From positions 6,144,001-6,208,000 of the forward strand of contig CP181291.1 in the NCBI GenBank assembly GCA_052279835.1: 64,000 nucleotides of DNA, written 5' to 3'. Below are positions 50,194 through 60,846 of the stretch, one piece after another. Every line of letters begins with the position of its first letter. Within the stretch, counting starts at the first letter, position 1. The DNA comes from Microcoleus sp. GTDB lineage: Bacteria > Cyanobacteriota > Cyanobacteriia > Cyanobacteriales > Microcoleaceae. The notes under the pieces were generated by a model that saw only the letters and a program-made list of their open reading frames with translations, ran no database searches and had not been told where the DNA came from. A program made the translations under genes and the position numbers.

Positions 50194-50388
50194 ATGGCAA
50201 TGAAAGAATTAGAAAAAAAACTCCTTATAAATGAGGAAAATTAATAAATGGTGCGTCTTTATGCAGATGAAAATTTTCCACTGGTAATCGTGGAATCAGT
50301 GCGCATTTTTGGTCACGATATTTTGACAGTGCAGGAAGCTGGAAATAGTAAGGTGCGTCGCCTTCTACCATCTGTAAGTTTCATCTAA
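50194..50388 (+). pseudogene. Degenerate second DUF433/DUF5615 pair
   Basis: MAMKELEKKLLINEEN* (internally deleted) then, from 50248, MVRLYADENFPLVIVESVRIFGHDILTVQEAGN, cut by a REP-like repeat. Confidence 0.75.
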
Positions 50389-50467
50389 CATATAGCACCG
50401 ACACACCCTACAGGGAACGCGCCTCACTTAAAAAAAAACGCGATACAAACCATTGAGGTTAAAAATT

Positions 50468-50821
50468 TTAACCGAATTGCTCTAGATACTGGCCCAAATC
50501 ATCTCGCAGGCGGCTCAGTTCGGCTTCGGTGGTGACGCGCACGCGATCGTCCCGAACCGTAATCAGCACTTTCGCAGCAAAGGGAGTCGGCCAGATATTC
50601 GGATTGCAGAACACCTCAAAAAATACCTCCCCTGCATAGCGGTATTCCATCGGTTTTTGGGGAGAGGCTTTGCCGCCAGCAGTTTTGGCTGCGACTGCTT
50701 TGAGACTTTCCATCAACAGGGCGATCGCACTTTGCAAATCCCGCGCGGCTTGGGGGGAAAAGCTAAAGGAGACAGAACCTTCAACTAAATTCAGCGTAAA
50801 TTGAGAAACAGACATAAGCAA
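50468..50821 (-). CDS. Conserved cyanobacterial hypothetical protein
   Basis: GSVSFSFSP, FFEVFCNPNIWPTPFAAKVLIT. Confidence 0.75.
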   Translation of the reverse strand: MLMSVSQFTLNLVEGSVSFSFSPQAARDLQSAIALLMESLKAVAAKTAGGKASPQKPMEYRYAGEVFFEVFCNPNIWPTPFAAKVLITVRDDRVRVTTEAELSRLRDDLGQYLEQFG

Positions 50822-51056
50822 TGAAATTTAACAGACAATTGTTAATGATAAAAGATACAGTAACCGAAAAGAAGTACATTCTCGCTAAAATGGGCAGCCT
50901 GAATCCAATTAATTAAAAACTATCTCAATAAGCTAGGCCAAATTAATGAGTGTAAATATAACTCTAAGCTAGCGTCTGCAAGACTTTTAACCTTTTGTTA
51001 CTCGATCGGCTTTAAACTAGAAATTAGAAATTTTGATTTCTGATTCAGGAGACTCT

Positions 51057-51986
51057 ATGCTAGCCGATAACCGTTCCGAAATCCGTAAGGTATTAATCAT
51101 TACGTTATTGCTAAATATACTGGTGATGGCAATTAAAGCCGTCGTGGGTTGGTTGACAGGTTCTCTTAGTTTGTTAGCAGATGCCTTGCACAGTGTCACA
51201 GACAGCGCTAATAATATTTTAGGACTGGTGACTAATCATTATGCCAATCCCCAACCCGATCGCGATCATCCCTACGGACATCAGAAATTTGACGCACTCG
51301 GCGCTCTGGGAATAGCAGTTTTTTTGGGGATTGCTTGTTTTGAAATTCTCAGCGGCGCGGTGCAAAGGTTGCTATATGGTGGCAAACTTGTCAAAATATC
51401 CCCCAACGAACTATGGATCTTGCTGATTGTACTAGGAATCAATATTTTTGTTACTTTTTATGAGCGCCGAGTTGGAAAACGCCTTGGTAGTGCTATTTTA
51501 GTGGCAGATGCTCAACACACGATGAGTGATGTTTGGGTAACAATTATGGTAATTGCTGGGTTGATTGGTGTGTGGCAAGGGGAAGTTTGGAATATACCTC
51601 AACTGCAATCCTTAGATGTGTTTTTGTCTTTTCCTGTGGCTCTGTTGGTGTTTCACAGCGGTTGGAAGGTGTTAACAGAAAATCTACCTTGGTTGGTGGA
51701 TGAAATGGCGATCGCACCGGAAATTATTCACGATATCGCCATGGATGTACCCGGAGTTGTCAACTGTCACTCGATCGCCTCTCGTGGCGTGGTGGGACGT
51801 CAAGTGTTTATTGATATGCACATGATTGTGGATGCGGCTGATGTAGAAACTGCTCACCGGATTACAGAAGAAGTAGAAGCCCATTTGGAAGAACGTTTCA
51901 GTCCTGTACGCATCTTAATTCACGTTGAGCCACCGGCTTATCAGTCCGATCGAATTAGCTATGATTCTGAAAACAGAAGTCATTAG
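51057..51986 (+). CDS. Cation diffusion facilitator (CDF) transporter
   Basis: SLSLLADALHSVTD, DHPYGHQKF, ADAQHTMSD, AH.ITE, IHVEP. Confidence 0.92.
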   Translation: MLADNRSEIRKVLIITLLLNILVMAIKAVVGWLTGSLSLLADALHSVTDSANNILGLVTNHYANPQPDRDHPYGHQKFDALGALGIAVFLGIACFEILSGAVQRLLYGGKLVKISPNELWILLIVLGINIFVTFYERRVGKRLGSAILVADAQHTMSDVWVTIMVIAGLIGVWQGEVWNIPQLQSLDVFLSFPVALLVFHSGWKVLTENLPWLVDEMAIAPEIIHDIAMDVPGVVNCHSIASRGVVGRQVFIDMHMIVDAADVETAHRITEEVEAHLEERFSPVRILIHVEPPAYQSDRISYDSENRSH

Positions 51987-52025
51987 TCATTAGTCATTAG
52001 TCAGGGGTCATTCGTCATTAGTTAT
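51978..52025. repeat. Heptamer tandem repeat (AGTCATT)
   Basis: agtcattagtcattagtcattagtca... Confidence 0.8.
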
Positions 52026-52208
52026 TAATCCTGTCAGAGGAGGAGGAAGGTATTTTTGCCCATCGCAATTCCTCCAATTTTTGACATGAAATGTAGCCAG
52101 CCATGCTACGATGTGATAAAACTCCAGATGCAGAACAGACTCGATACACAACCATCGAGGCTAAAAAATATCAGAGTCACCCCTGTACAACCAAATCCAT
52201 TGCCAGTA

Positions 52209-52883
52209 ATGAGTCCTGAGAATACCTTACACGACGTATCCACTGATGTAGATGCCCAATCTACAAGTGCAGCAGACAGCCAGTCTCCTGAACATCATCC
52301 TGAATCACTCCAACCAGAACTTCAGGAAGAATCTCAGACAGAATCTGGGCCAGATGCTCAGACAGAATCTCAGACAGAATCTCAGACAGAATCTCAGACA
52401 GAATCTCACGCAGAAATTCAGACAGAATCTCCGACAGATGCTCCTTCAGAAATTCAACCAGAGTCTGGGTCAGAATCTCACTCAGAAATTCAGCCAGAAT
52501 CTGGATCGGAATCTCCACAAATTCAAGCAGAAAAAGTAAGCAAGCCTACTCCAAAACCAATCAAGAAATCTGATTTGGCCTATCAGCAAAAAACTCAACA
52601 AGATGCTCCTCAAGCAAAAACAGAAGGGGAAAGCAAGCCTACTCCCAAGCCGATCAAAAAAAGTGATTTGCCACCTCCACCTGCTTCAGAACCTCAGCTA
52701 GAGGCTGCCACAGAGCAAGCAGCACCAGCAGAAATCCCGTCTACTCCAAAAGCGAAGAAAATAATTGGAGGAGTGTCTAAATCGGCATCTCAGAGAAAAC
52801 CTTCTAGAGATGGAGCCGAAAGTGGCGGTGGCTTCAATCTGGCGACTCAAAGACCGCCGAAAGCACCAAAATCTAATTCTTGA
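52209..52883 (+). CDS. Low-complexity acidic/Pro-rich disordered protein
   Basis: QTES and SEIQPESGSES repeats, duplicated SKPTPKPIKKSD; start uncertain (ORF track 52056). Confidence 0.6.
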   Translation: MSPENTLHDVSTDVDAQSTSAADSQSPEHHPESLQPELQEESQTESGPDAQTESQTESQTESQTESHAEIQTESPTDAPSEIQPESGSESHSEIQPESGSESPQIQAEKVSKPTPKPIKKSDLAYQQKTQQDAPQAKTEGESKPTPKPIKKSDLPPPPASEPQLEAATEQAAPAEIPSTPKAKKIIGGVSKSASQRKPSRDGAESGGGFNLATQRPPKAPKSNS

Positions 52884-53114
52884 AGCAGGACTATCGACTC
52901 TTATAATTAAAAGATGCGATCGCTCTCGATCGCACTTTAAAAAAATTACCATCAAAATTTACTCGCAATCAAAGGTTTTAGACAATTCAAGAATTAGACA
53001 AACCTTACCCGGTCCATCGAGCTAATTGCATGATTTGTGATTGATGATGATTGCCAGAAACCGGGTTTTTAAGATTGATAGTACATCGAGGAATGTACCT
53101 GCTTCGGTTCTCAA

Positions 53115-53882
53115 CTACAGTTCATCAGGATCGATCCCCATCGCCCTTAATCTCTCAGCTAAACGCTCTGCTCGTTGCTGTGCAAGTTCTGCTTGTTCCT
53201 GAGCGAGTTCTTTTTGCTGGCGTTGCTGCTCGGTGGGAGTGGGAACCCAAAGGCCATTAACATCATACCAGCGCAACCACGATCGCTCCAAACCTTCAAA
53301 AGCACCTTGCCAAATTCCTAAACCCAATTCAATTTCCGGCATCCAAACCCGTGGTTCTGCTAAGATTAACTCTTCATAGCGATCGCCCGTTAAGACAAAA
53401 GCCCGAAGATGATTAGTTGCCCCATCAAACACGATATAGTAAGGAACCGTGAGAATCTGTTCGTAAACTTGCCATTTAGTCGGAGGTTGACCAAGCCCTC
53501 TGACTGTTTGTCCTAAATCTTCATTTTCCGTTCCTGGCGACACCAGTTCCACAACTACAAATGGACTAACTTCTTCCTGCCAAATAACATAGGATTTCCG
53601 CAATTCTTGCTTTTGGTAAAGCCTGTCAACCCCAACCACACCAAACCAATCAGGTCTTTTGTACCACTGAGTGTGACGGACATCAAAATATAGATTTAAG
53701 TCACTGGCAACAAATACCAGTTCGATGGGATAATTAGCTGGGCGAAAAGTATATTCTAAGCAACGAGATTGCCAAAGATGATATAAATCGGGCAAACCAG
53801 AATCCTCCGGGTGTTCGCTGTTGAGATCGTACATCGTTGGCAGTAGGTTTTTCGGAGTTGGGGACTGTTCGGTTTGATACAT
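53115..53882 (-). CDS. Uma2/DUF820-family endonuclease-like protein
   Basis: LPTMYDL.SE.PE, RPDWFGV, VVELVSPGT, WLRWYD, RLRAMGIDPD. Confidence 0.9.
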   Translation of the reverse strand: MYQTEQSPTPKNLLPTMYDLNSEHPEDSGLPDLYHLWQSRCLEYTFRPANYPIELVFVASDLNLYFDVRHTQWYKRPDWFGVVGVDRLYQKQELRKSYVIWQEEVSPFVVVELVSPGTENEDLGQTVRGLGQPPTKWQVYEQILTVPYYIVFDGATNHLRAFVLTGDRYEELILAEPRVWMPEIELGLGIWQGAFEGLERSWLRWYDVNGLWVPTPTEQQRQQKELAQEQAELAQQRAERLAERLRAMGIDPDEL

Positions 53883-54160
53883 AGTTGCTCACCTCCTAGC
53901 TGCTGATAGAAAAGATGCGAATTCACCTTTAGATTAACCGATCGTAGAAGGGGCGATCGCACACACTTGATAAGTAAATCCACTTAATTAAACGTAAAAT
54001 ACGGATGACCGAAAAGCTGACTGCATAAGTCTTCTTCTCATCGATCTTCTTCCTTCTACTTATCTTAGATATTTTAACCGCAGATATCAACCCATGAACA
54101 CAAATAAACGCAGATAAAATTCCATCTGCGTTTATTTGTATTAAAATAATCTTGTATTTA

Positions 54161-55774
54161 TCACTCCCACTCGATGGTTCCAGGGGGCTTAGAAGTAATG
54201 TCGTAAACCACGCGGTTCACCCCTTTAACTTCATTCACAATCCGATTTGAGATTAATTCCAACAAATCGTAAGGAACTCGCGCCCAATCGGCCGTCATCC
54301 CATCTTCACTGGTAATAAACCGCAAGACAATTGGGTAAGCATAGGTGCGTTGGTCTCCCATCACCCCTACACTGCGAATGGGAAGCAAAACTGCAAAAGC
54401 TTGCCAAAGTTCGTTGTACAATCCGTGTCGATTAATTTCTTGGCGCACCACCAAGTCAGCATCCCGCAAAATATTTAATCTTTCGGCGGTAACTTCTCCC
54501 AGAATCCGAATCGCTAATCCCGGCCCTGGGAAAGGTTGTCGGTTGACTATTTCTTCTGGAAGCCCGATCGATCGGCCGACTTTTCGCACTTCATCCTTGA
54601 ACAATTTTCGCAGCGGTTCAATCAGCTTAAAGCACAAATCTTTAGGTAGCCCGCCGACGTTGTGATGGCTTTTAATTTTCACCGCAACTCGTTCGCCACT
54701 TTTGGGATCTACGTTAGTGTCAGCCGATTCAATCACATCTGGGTAAAGAGTACCTTGGGCGAGGTAATCGAAGGGTCCAAGACGTTTCGATTCTGCTTCA
54801 AATACGCTGATAAATTCGTGACCAATCCGCTTGCGTTTTACTTCCGGATCGGTAACACCTTCAAGTTGAGCTAAAAAGCGTTCGCGAGCATTAACATACT
54901 CAACATCAATGTGGAATTGCTCTTTAAATAATTTCACCAACCGTTCCGGTTCATACTTCCGCATAAACCCTTGGTCGATAAACATACAGGTAAGTCGATC
55001 GCCGATCGCCCTATGCAGCAAAAAAGCCAAAGTTGAAGAATCAACCCCGCCGGATAGAGCCAATAATACTCGTTTGTCTCCGACTCTGGCTCTAATTTCA
55101 CGAATCGATTCCTCGACAAAAGTAGCTGTCGTCCAAGTCGGTTCGCACTCGCAAATATGATAAACAAAATTACGAATTAAAGCTTGTCCACCGATGGAAT
55201 GAACTACTTCTGGATGAAACTGAACTCCGTACAAATTTTTGTCGTGATTAGCAATTGCAGCACAGGAAGTATTTTCCGTGTGAGCTAGAATCGCAAAACC
55301 TTCTGGCAATTCGGTACAAGAATCTCCATGGCTCATCCACATGGTGCTACCATCTTCGACATTAGTCAACAAATCGGTAGGGTCGTCAATAGATAGGGAT
55401 GCCTTGCCATATTCGGCTAACTTAGCGCGATCGACTACCCCTCCTAGTTGCTTGACCATCAACTGCATCCCGTAGCAAACACCCAACACGGGTATTCCTA
55501 AATGCCAAATTTCCGGGTCACATTGGGGAGCTCTTTCGTCATATACAGAACTCGGCCCACCTGAAAGAATAATTCCTTTAGGAGCGATCGCTGCTAACTG
55601 TTGGGCAGTAGTGCGGTAAGAAATAACTTCTGAATATACTTGAGTTTCGCGAATGCGGCGAGCAATCAGTTCGGAATATTGGGAACCGAAGTCGAGAATC
55701 ACTATCTTCTGGCGATCGATCTGCCCCAGAGAAGAGTTGCTTAGGGCGGATTCAGTTTCTATTTGAGTAGTCAC
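54161..55774 (-). CDS. guaA: GMP synthase (glutamine-hydrolysing)
   Basis: [43 protein letters not shown]. Confidence 0.98.
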   Translation of the reverse strand: MTTQIETESALSNSSLGQIDRQKIVILDFGSQYSELIARRIRETQVYSEVISYRTTAQQLAAIAPKGIILSGGPSSVYDERAPQCDPEIWHLGIPVLGVCYGMQLMVKQLGGVVDRAKLAEYGKASLSIDDPTDLLTNVEDGSTMWMSHGDSCTELPEGFAILAHTENTSCAAIANHDKNLYGVQFHPEVVHSIGGQALIRNFVYHICECEPTWTTATFVEESIREIRARVGDKRVLLALSGGVDSSTLAFLLHRAIGDRLTCMFIDQGFMRKYEPERLVKLFKEQFHIDVEYVNARERFLAQLEGVTDPEVKRKRIGHEFISVFEAESKRLGPFDYLAQGTLYPDVIESADTNVDPKSGERVAVKIKSHHNVGGLPKDLCFKLIEPLRKLFKDEVRKVGRSIGLPEEIVNRQPFPGPGLAIRILGEVTAERLNILRDADLVVRQEINRHGLYNELWQAFAVLLPIRSVGVMGDQRTYAYPIVLRFITSEDGMTADWARVPYDLLELISNRIVNEVKGVNRVVYDITSKPPGTIEWE

Positions 55775-55938
55775 GGTTAGTGGGTAATTGCTAATTGCTA
55801 ATGGGTAGAACCTAGAACCGAGATTATTCGTCTGAAATAAACCTAGGTAATTAAGGTCTAGGGAGTTGGAATTAAGACTTAATTAAGTATTATCCCCGAT
55901 CGATCTTGGAGCAAGAGTTACGGGATATTCACACCACA

Positions 55939-57078
55939 TTAACAAATTTGTGTCAAAAATGTATCTCCTAGTTCACTTTTAACAATAATTTTGCGATCGC
56001 GCCCGAACATCACTGAGCCCACGGGCACACGCTGCCCGCTGTGAGTAAACACGCAATCCGATGAGCGCAAGTCTATCTGTTGAGCGATGTCGCCGTAAAT
56101 GCGATCGACCCAATTGCTGTGATTCTCCGCATCAAAAACCCGCAGTTGCTCCAGAGCATCTTCCGCCGTAGCAGCCTCAAAAATCGAGGAACACACATCA
56201 GCAGGCATTCCGGCCCGCGCACAAAAAGCTGTCAGAATTTCGCGCCGCCCATCGGCGAGGTGGTGGTGAGTGTGAAAAATCCCCGCCGCCAATTTCATTA
56301 ACTTTCCGTGATAGCCAAACAGCAGAATCGACTTCACACCCTGAAATCCAGCCTCTGCGAGTAAAGGACCGAGCCAATTAGCGGTTTTGACCAGCCGCTG
56401 CGGGTCGATGCCCAGTTGTCGAGCCAAATCCAAGCCATTTTCGCCGATGCAAAACACCAAACAATCAAATAGCTGGGCTTTTTGTTGTAGTTGTTCGCGG
56501 TAAATTTCCAACTGTCCGGGGGCGCTCAAGGGTTGAGAAATGCCCGTTGTACCCAGCAGCGACAGCCCTTCTACGACACCGAAAGCTTCGTTGGAAGTAC
56601 GGGTTGCCAGTTGGCGACCTGATGGCAGAATCAAGGTGACAGTAATTTTTTCTCCGGTTTGGAGTTCTCGGCTGAGATTCACGCGCAACAGCCGCTGGGC
56701 ATAATCGTAGATTGCCGCTCCTCCACCGATTTTGTGATGTCCAATTCCCTCGCCCCCAACAATCAGTATTTGTTCTTGTGCTTCCTCAATTTCTCCCTCG
56801 GACACTCTCCGTAATTCCACCATTGCCCAAACTGGGGTATGGCGAGTCAGATCTAGGTTGTCACCAGGCTCGGAGCGAGTCACAGCTAAAGCTGTGTCAG
56901 TTTTTATTACAGATACTTGTTCGATGGGTACTGATGCGGTTATTATGGGTTCTAGTAAATCTACTGAGACGCTATCTACAGATTGAATACCTCTACGCAA
57001 ACAGCGCAGGGCGGCTAGTGCGGCCGCACAGGCAAATACTGGGAGTGTATACCCGGAACGAGGTTGAGTTTTGGTCAT
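55939..57078 (-). CDS. cbiD: Cobalt-precorrin-5B C1-methyltransferase
   Basis: RSGYTLPVFACAAA, PGDNLDLT, TSN.AFGVVEGLSLLGTTG, GYHGKL.KLA.GIFHTH. Confidence 0.93.
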   Translation of the reverse strand: MTKTQPRSGYTLPVFACAAALAALRCLRRGIQSVDSVSVDLLEPIITASVPIEQVSVIKTDTALAVTRSEPGDNLDLTRHTPVWAMVELRRVSEGEIEEAQEQILIVGGEGIGHHKIGGGAAIYDYAQRLLRVNLSRELQTGEKITVTLILPSGRQLATRTSNEAFGVVEGLSLLGTTGISQPLSAPGQLEIYREQLQQKAQLFDCLVFCIGENGLDLARQLGIDPQRLVKTANWLGPLLAEAGFQGVKSILLFGYHGKLMKLAAGIFHTHHHLADGRREILTAFCARAGMPADVCSSIFEAATAEDALEQLRVFDAENHSNWVDRIYGDIAQQIDLRSSDCVFTHSGQRVPVGSVMFGRDRKIIVKSELGDTFLTQIC

Positions 57079-57248
57079 GATGGATTGTTGATATCTGTAA
57101 ATTTAATGATGAGAGCAGGACACCGCTCAAATATTTAAGCCTAGTTAGCGATCGAGTTGGCTGTCAATCGCAGTTAGCGTCATTTTTGTCAATTGTTTTT
57201 TTTTGTTTACGAGTTGCGATCGAGATAATACTTTTTTGAGATTCGATC

Positions 57249-57665
57249 ATGAATAAAGCCACTACTATCATGCCGTCAGTTGTGTTTTGTTGCACAGACA
57301 CAACATCATCATCTAATACGATTGTTTTGCAACCCTTGGGTTGTCTCGGTGGACTCGCTGTTCTCGATTTCCAAGCGAACTTGGAACAAGCTCTGGAAAC
57401 CGCAGCCTTGGGAGTTGTGGTGGATTTCCAACAAGTCGAGGCCTTAGCCCTAGAGGGAATTAACGCACTGGTAATCGGGCTAGAGTTAGCCGCCATACTC
57501 GGTAAGTCGATCGTTTTTCAATCTATGGATTTAGCTAGTCGTAAAAGTTTCATAGTGGAGTGGAGTCGATCGCGGGAAATTTGTTTTGGGCCTTGGGGCG
57601 ACTTGTTTGAGGGCGAACTAGAAAAATTTTTTGGTGTCGAAACTGTGCGATCGCAGCCTTGTTAA
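57249..57665 (+). CDS. STAS-domain (anti-sigma antagonist-like) protein
   Basis: IVLQPLGCL..FQ.NLEQAL..VVVDFQQVEAL..GINALV.GL. Confidence 0.6.
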   Translation: MNKATTIMPSVVFCCTDTTSSSNTIVLQPLGCLGGLAVLDFQANLEQALETAALGVVVDFQQVEALALEGINALVIGLELAAILGKSIVFQSMDLASRKSFIVEWSRSREICFGPWGDLFEGELEKFFGVETVRSQPC

Positions 57666-58061
57666 GCCCGACTACCTACTTTTTGCAAAATCCCTAAACT
57701 TAGATATTCCAAACGGTCGATGCTAAGGGCGATCGCTTGTCATCTATAATAATCAAAATTACCCGGACTTGCCAGTCCTACTTTTAGACTAACATCTTGT
57801 AGGTAGGACTGGTTTTATATGACTAGATAGGAAAAGGAAGAAGGAAGAAGTCACCCCCCGAAATGGGTAAATTCAGGAAGAAGGAAAAAGAAACCTCCCT
57901 TGAGAAAAAAGAAGAAATAACCAGAGAAATTCAGGCATAATCAAAGCTTAAGTGATTCAGAATATCCTCGTACTCTTGGCCGTTACTATTCTAGATCAGC
58001 TAGATGTATCCCTGGGCTTGTTCAAATTTTCCAACTCAAATCTCAAATCTCAAATTGATTT

Positions 58062-59495
58062 ATGGTTGAACCAGTTGCAGAGTTAAATGAAGTCCGATTT
58101 CTTCAGACCCCAGACCTACTAAAAAAAACCAGCTCTCAGTTAGTCATATCTCCACAAACAGCTCTCAAAATTTCCAAACAAGACATTCGTTCGACTCTGA
58201 AAGCATCAACTCTAGACGGCGTTTTTGCCAGTGTCTTCGAGTCCGCCACCAGCGGCGTAATTCTCAGCAATTTCTTGCTCCAACTAGGTGCTACCAGTGT
58301 TGAAATAGGCATATTATCTGCAATTCCGATGGTGGTGAATCTGCTGCAACCATTAGGGGCCTACATTGCCGATCGCACAACCAGTCGCCATTGGTACAAC
58401 CTGTTCATATTCGGGGTTTCGCGGCTGCTGTGGCTGGTGCTAGTCGTGGAAATTGTCTGGGGGAGACAAAACACCGACTCCCACCTGCTACTGGAATGGA
58501 CACTAGCAACTGCCTTGGCTGCTAGTTTACTGGCAGCTTTTGCCCATTCTAACTGGTTTAGTTGGATGGCCGTCGTGGTGCCTCACCGTTTGCGCGGACG
58601 CTATTTTGGCTTTCGCAACAGCGCTGTCAGCCTCATCGCTTTGCTGGGAGTCCCACTGATGGGATTGGCAGTTTCAACTTGGGGGACAGATCCGATTTTT
58701 GGCTACGGTATCGTCTTATTTTTGGGAGTGTTGGCGGGACTGATTAGTTTGGGGTTTCAATTCTTGATGGTGGATGTGAATCCGCAAGTTTATGGAACCG
58801 ATGAAGATGGGGAGCAATTCACGGAAAAATTAGGTCAAAACCAGACTAATTTTTTGACTGCGCTGCTGAAAGATTATAACTTTTTAATATTTTTATTTTA
58901 CTTAATTTTATGGACATTTGCCGTTAATTTAAGTGCGCCTTTTTTTAATATCTACTTGCTGCAACAATTAAATTTGGATGTGAGTTTAGTGACTATTTAT
59001 AACAGCTTGAGTGCCGGGGCAAATCTGCTGCTGCTGCTGTTTTGGGGCAAATTAGCCGATCGCTGGGGAAATCGCCCGCTGCTAATTGTGGTTGGGTTAT
59101 TAGTGGCAATCACACCTGTGCTGTGGTTGGTAACAGGCAATTACCCCATGGCACTTTGGGTATGGCTACCACTACTACATTTACTGGGAGGAACGACTTT
59201 AGGAGCGATGGAACTTTGTACTAAAAATATTCAAATGGAAATAGCACCAATTAAACAACCTTCGACTTATTTTGCGATCGCGGCGGCGGTTGCGGGAGTG
59301 GCGGGGGCTTGTGGAGCTACCGCCGGTGGCTTTCTAGCCGAAGCACCGACGATGAGTTTAGGGGGATTGTTTGCCCTGTCGGCTGGTTTACGGCTGATTG
59401 CGCTTCTGCCTTTGGTTTTGGTGCGAGAACCTCGTAGTCTATCGTTGCGCGAGATCCTACCGGGTTTTTTACTTTTCCAGTTTAACCGGGGCTAG
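58062..59495 (+). CDS. MFS transporter
   Basis: About 12 TM helices; GAYIADR, RLRGRYFG, WGKLADRWGNR. Confidence 0.9.
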   Translation: MVEPVAELNEVRFLQTPDLLKKTSSQLVISPQTALKISKQDIRSTLKASTLDGVFASVFESATSGVILSNFLLQLGATSVEIGILSAIPMVVNLLQPLGAYIADRTTSRHWYNLFIFGVSRLLWLVLVVEIVWGRQNTDSHLLLEWTLATALAASLLAAFAHSNWFSWMAVVVPHRLRGRYFGFRNSAVSLIALLGVPLMGLAVSTWGTDPIFGYGIVLFLGVLAGLISLGFQFLMVDVNPQVYGTDEDGEQFTEKLGQNQTNFLTALLKDYNFLIFLFYLILWTFAVNLSAPFFNIYLLQQLNLDVSLVTIYNSLSAGANLLLLLFWGKLADRWGNRPLLIVVGLLVAITPVLWLVTGNYPMALWVWLPLLHLLGGTTLGAMELCTKNIQMEIAPIKQPSTYFAIAAAVAGVAGACGATAGGFLAEAPTMSLGGLFALSAGLRLIALLPLVLVREPRSLSLREILPGFLLFQFNRG

Positions 59496-59748
59496 AAAAC
59501 CATCGCCTAAATTTTTTAAATTAACAAATATAAATAAAATTGAAATTTTAATACAACAAACTCAACTAGAGGGTGTTTTGGGATTAACATTCTGAAAATA
59601 GAAATAGCTCCAGATTGCCCAGCCAGCTCCCAATTTAGAATGCGAAATTAGGAGCGATCGCCGTCAGACGATCGAAAAACGGGAATTGTCAATCTCAAGT
59701 AACCAATTACGACAGCTCCCTATCAAATTTAGGATTCAAGGAGAGAAC

Positions 59749-60771
59749 ATGAAACGTCTGATCGTGTGCAGTGATGGAACTTGGCAACAACTAAATAGTA
59801 GTTACCCAAGTAATGTGATTAAGCTTGCCCAGGCAGTGAAACCGAGCGCCAGTGACGGGGTTGGGCAGATCGTGTTTTATGACGAGGGAATTGGAGCCGA
59901 GACTAACAAGCTTATGGGCGGAGCCACGGGACTGGGAATCGATCAAAATATACAAGATGCCTATCGTTTTCTTTGTCTCAACTATGAGCCTGGTGACGAA
60001 ATCTATCTCTTCGGGTTCAGTCGCGGTGCTTACACAGTCAGGAGTCTAGCGGGGATGATCCATTGCTCCGGTCTGCTAGACCGCCCGAATATTACCAGAG
60101 CATCTGAAGCTTACGAGCTTTACCGCAACCGAGGCATTAAACCAAAGGATAAGATAGCAGCCGATTACCGCGAAGATTACGGCGATCGCGTCCCGATTAC
60201 CTTGCTTGGTTGTTTCGACACCGTTGGAGCCCTTGGTATTCCGGTTCTACCCGCCTTCAAGAAGTATGACGAACAGCTCAAGAAAAGGTACAGATTCCAC
60301 GACACCACTTTAAATAAGTCGATTCAGAATGCGTTGCACGCCGTGGCGATCGACGAAGTTCGCGAAATCTTTGATGTTACCCTGATGAAAAAAAATCCTG
60401 ATGCCCCCAACCAGCGGGTTATTCAAGTTTGGTTTCCAGGCGAACATGGCTGCATCGGCGGTGGCACTAAAGAACACAGCGGTTTATCAGATGCCACCTT
60501 ACAGTGGATGTTAGATTCGATCGGTAACCTGGGATTGGGGCTTGAATTCGATCCAAGTGCCATTCCCACAGGTATCAATCCCAATTATGAGATTGATTTT
60601 AAAAACGCTCCAGGGTTCTTCAAATTGGCAGGAGTCAAGTTGCGCGAAGTGGGCGATGCCCTTGAGGATCTTCATGAAAGCACGATCAAGCGTTTGGAAA
60701 ACCGAAAGGACTACCGCCCTAAGAATCTGCAAAAGATTATATCCAAACTAATTGAAAATCCAGAAAAGTGA
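59749..60771 (+). CDS. DUF2235 alpha/beta hydrolase (Tle1-like lipase)
   Basis: RLIVCSDGTW, GFSRG, CFDTVG, HAVAIDE.R, WFPGEHGCIGGG; ATG 59749 follows AAGGAG. Confidence 0.9.
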   Translation: MKRLIVCSDGTWQQLNSSYPSNVIKLAQAVKPSASDGVGQIVFYDEGIGAETNKLMGGATGLGIDQNIQDAYRFLCLNYEPGDEIYLFGFSRGAYTVRSLAGMIHCSGLLDRPNITRASEAYELYRNRGIKPKDKIAADYREDYGDRVPITLLGCFDTVGALGIPVLPAFKKYDEQLKKRYRFHDTTLNKSIQNALHAVAIDEVREIFDVTLMKKNPDAPNQRVIQVWFPGEHGCIGGGTKEHSGLSDATLQWMLDSIGNLGLGLEFDPSAIPTGINPNYEIDFKNAPGFFKLAGVKLREVGDALEDLHESTIKRLENRKDYRPKNLQKIISKLIENPEK

Positions 60772-60846
60772 TCGAATTTTATCAAGCTCTCAGAACAGAA
60801 CATAAGAAGACGGTCTAATCTACAACAATCGAAAGGAAAAGCAATC

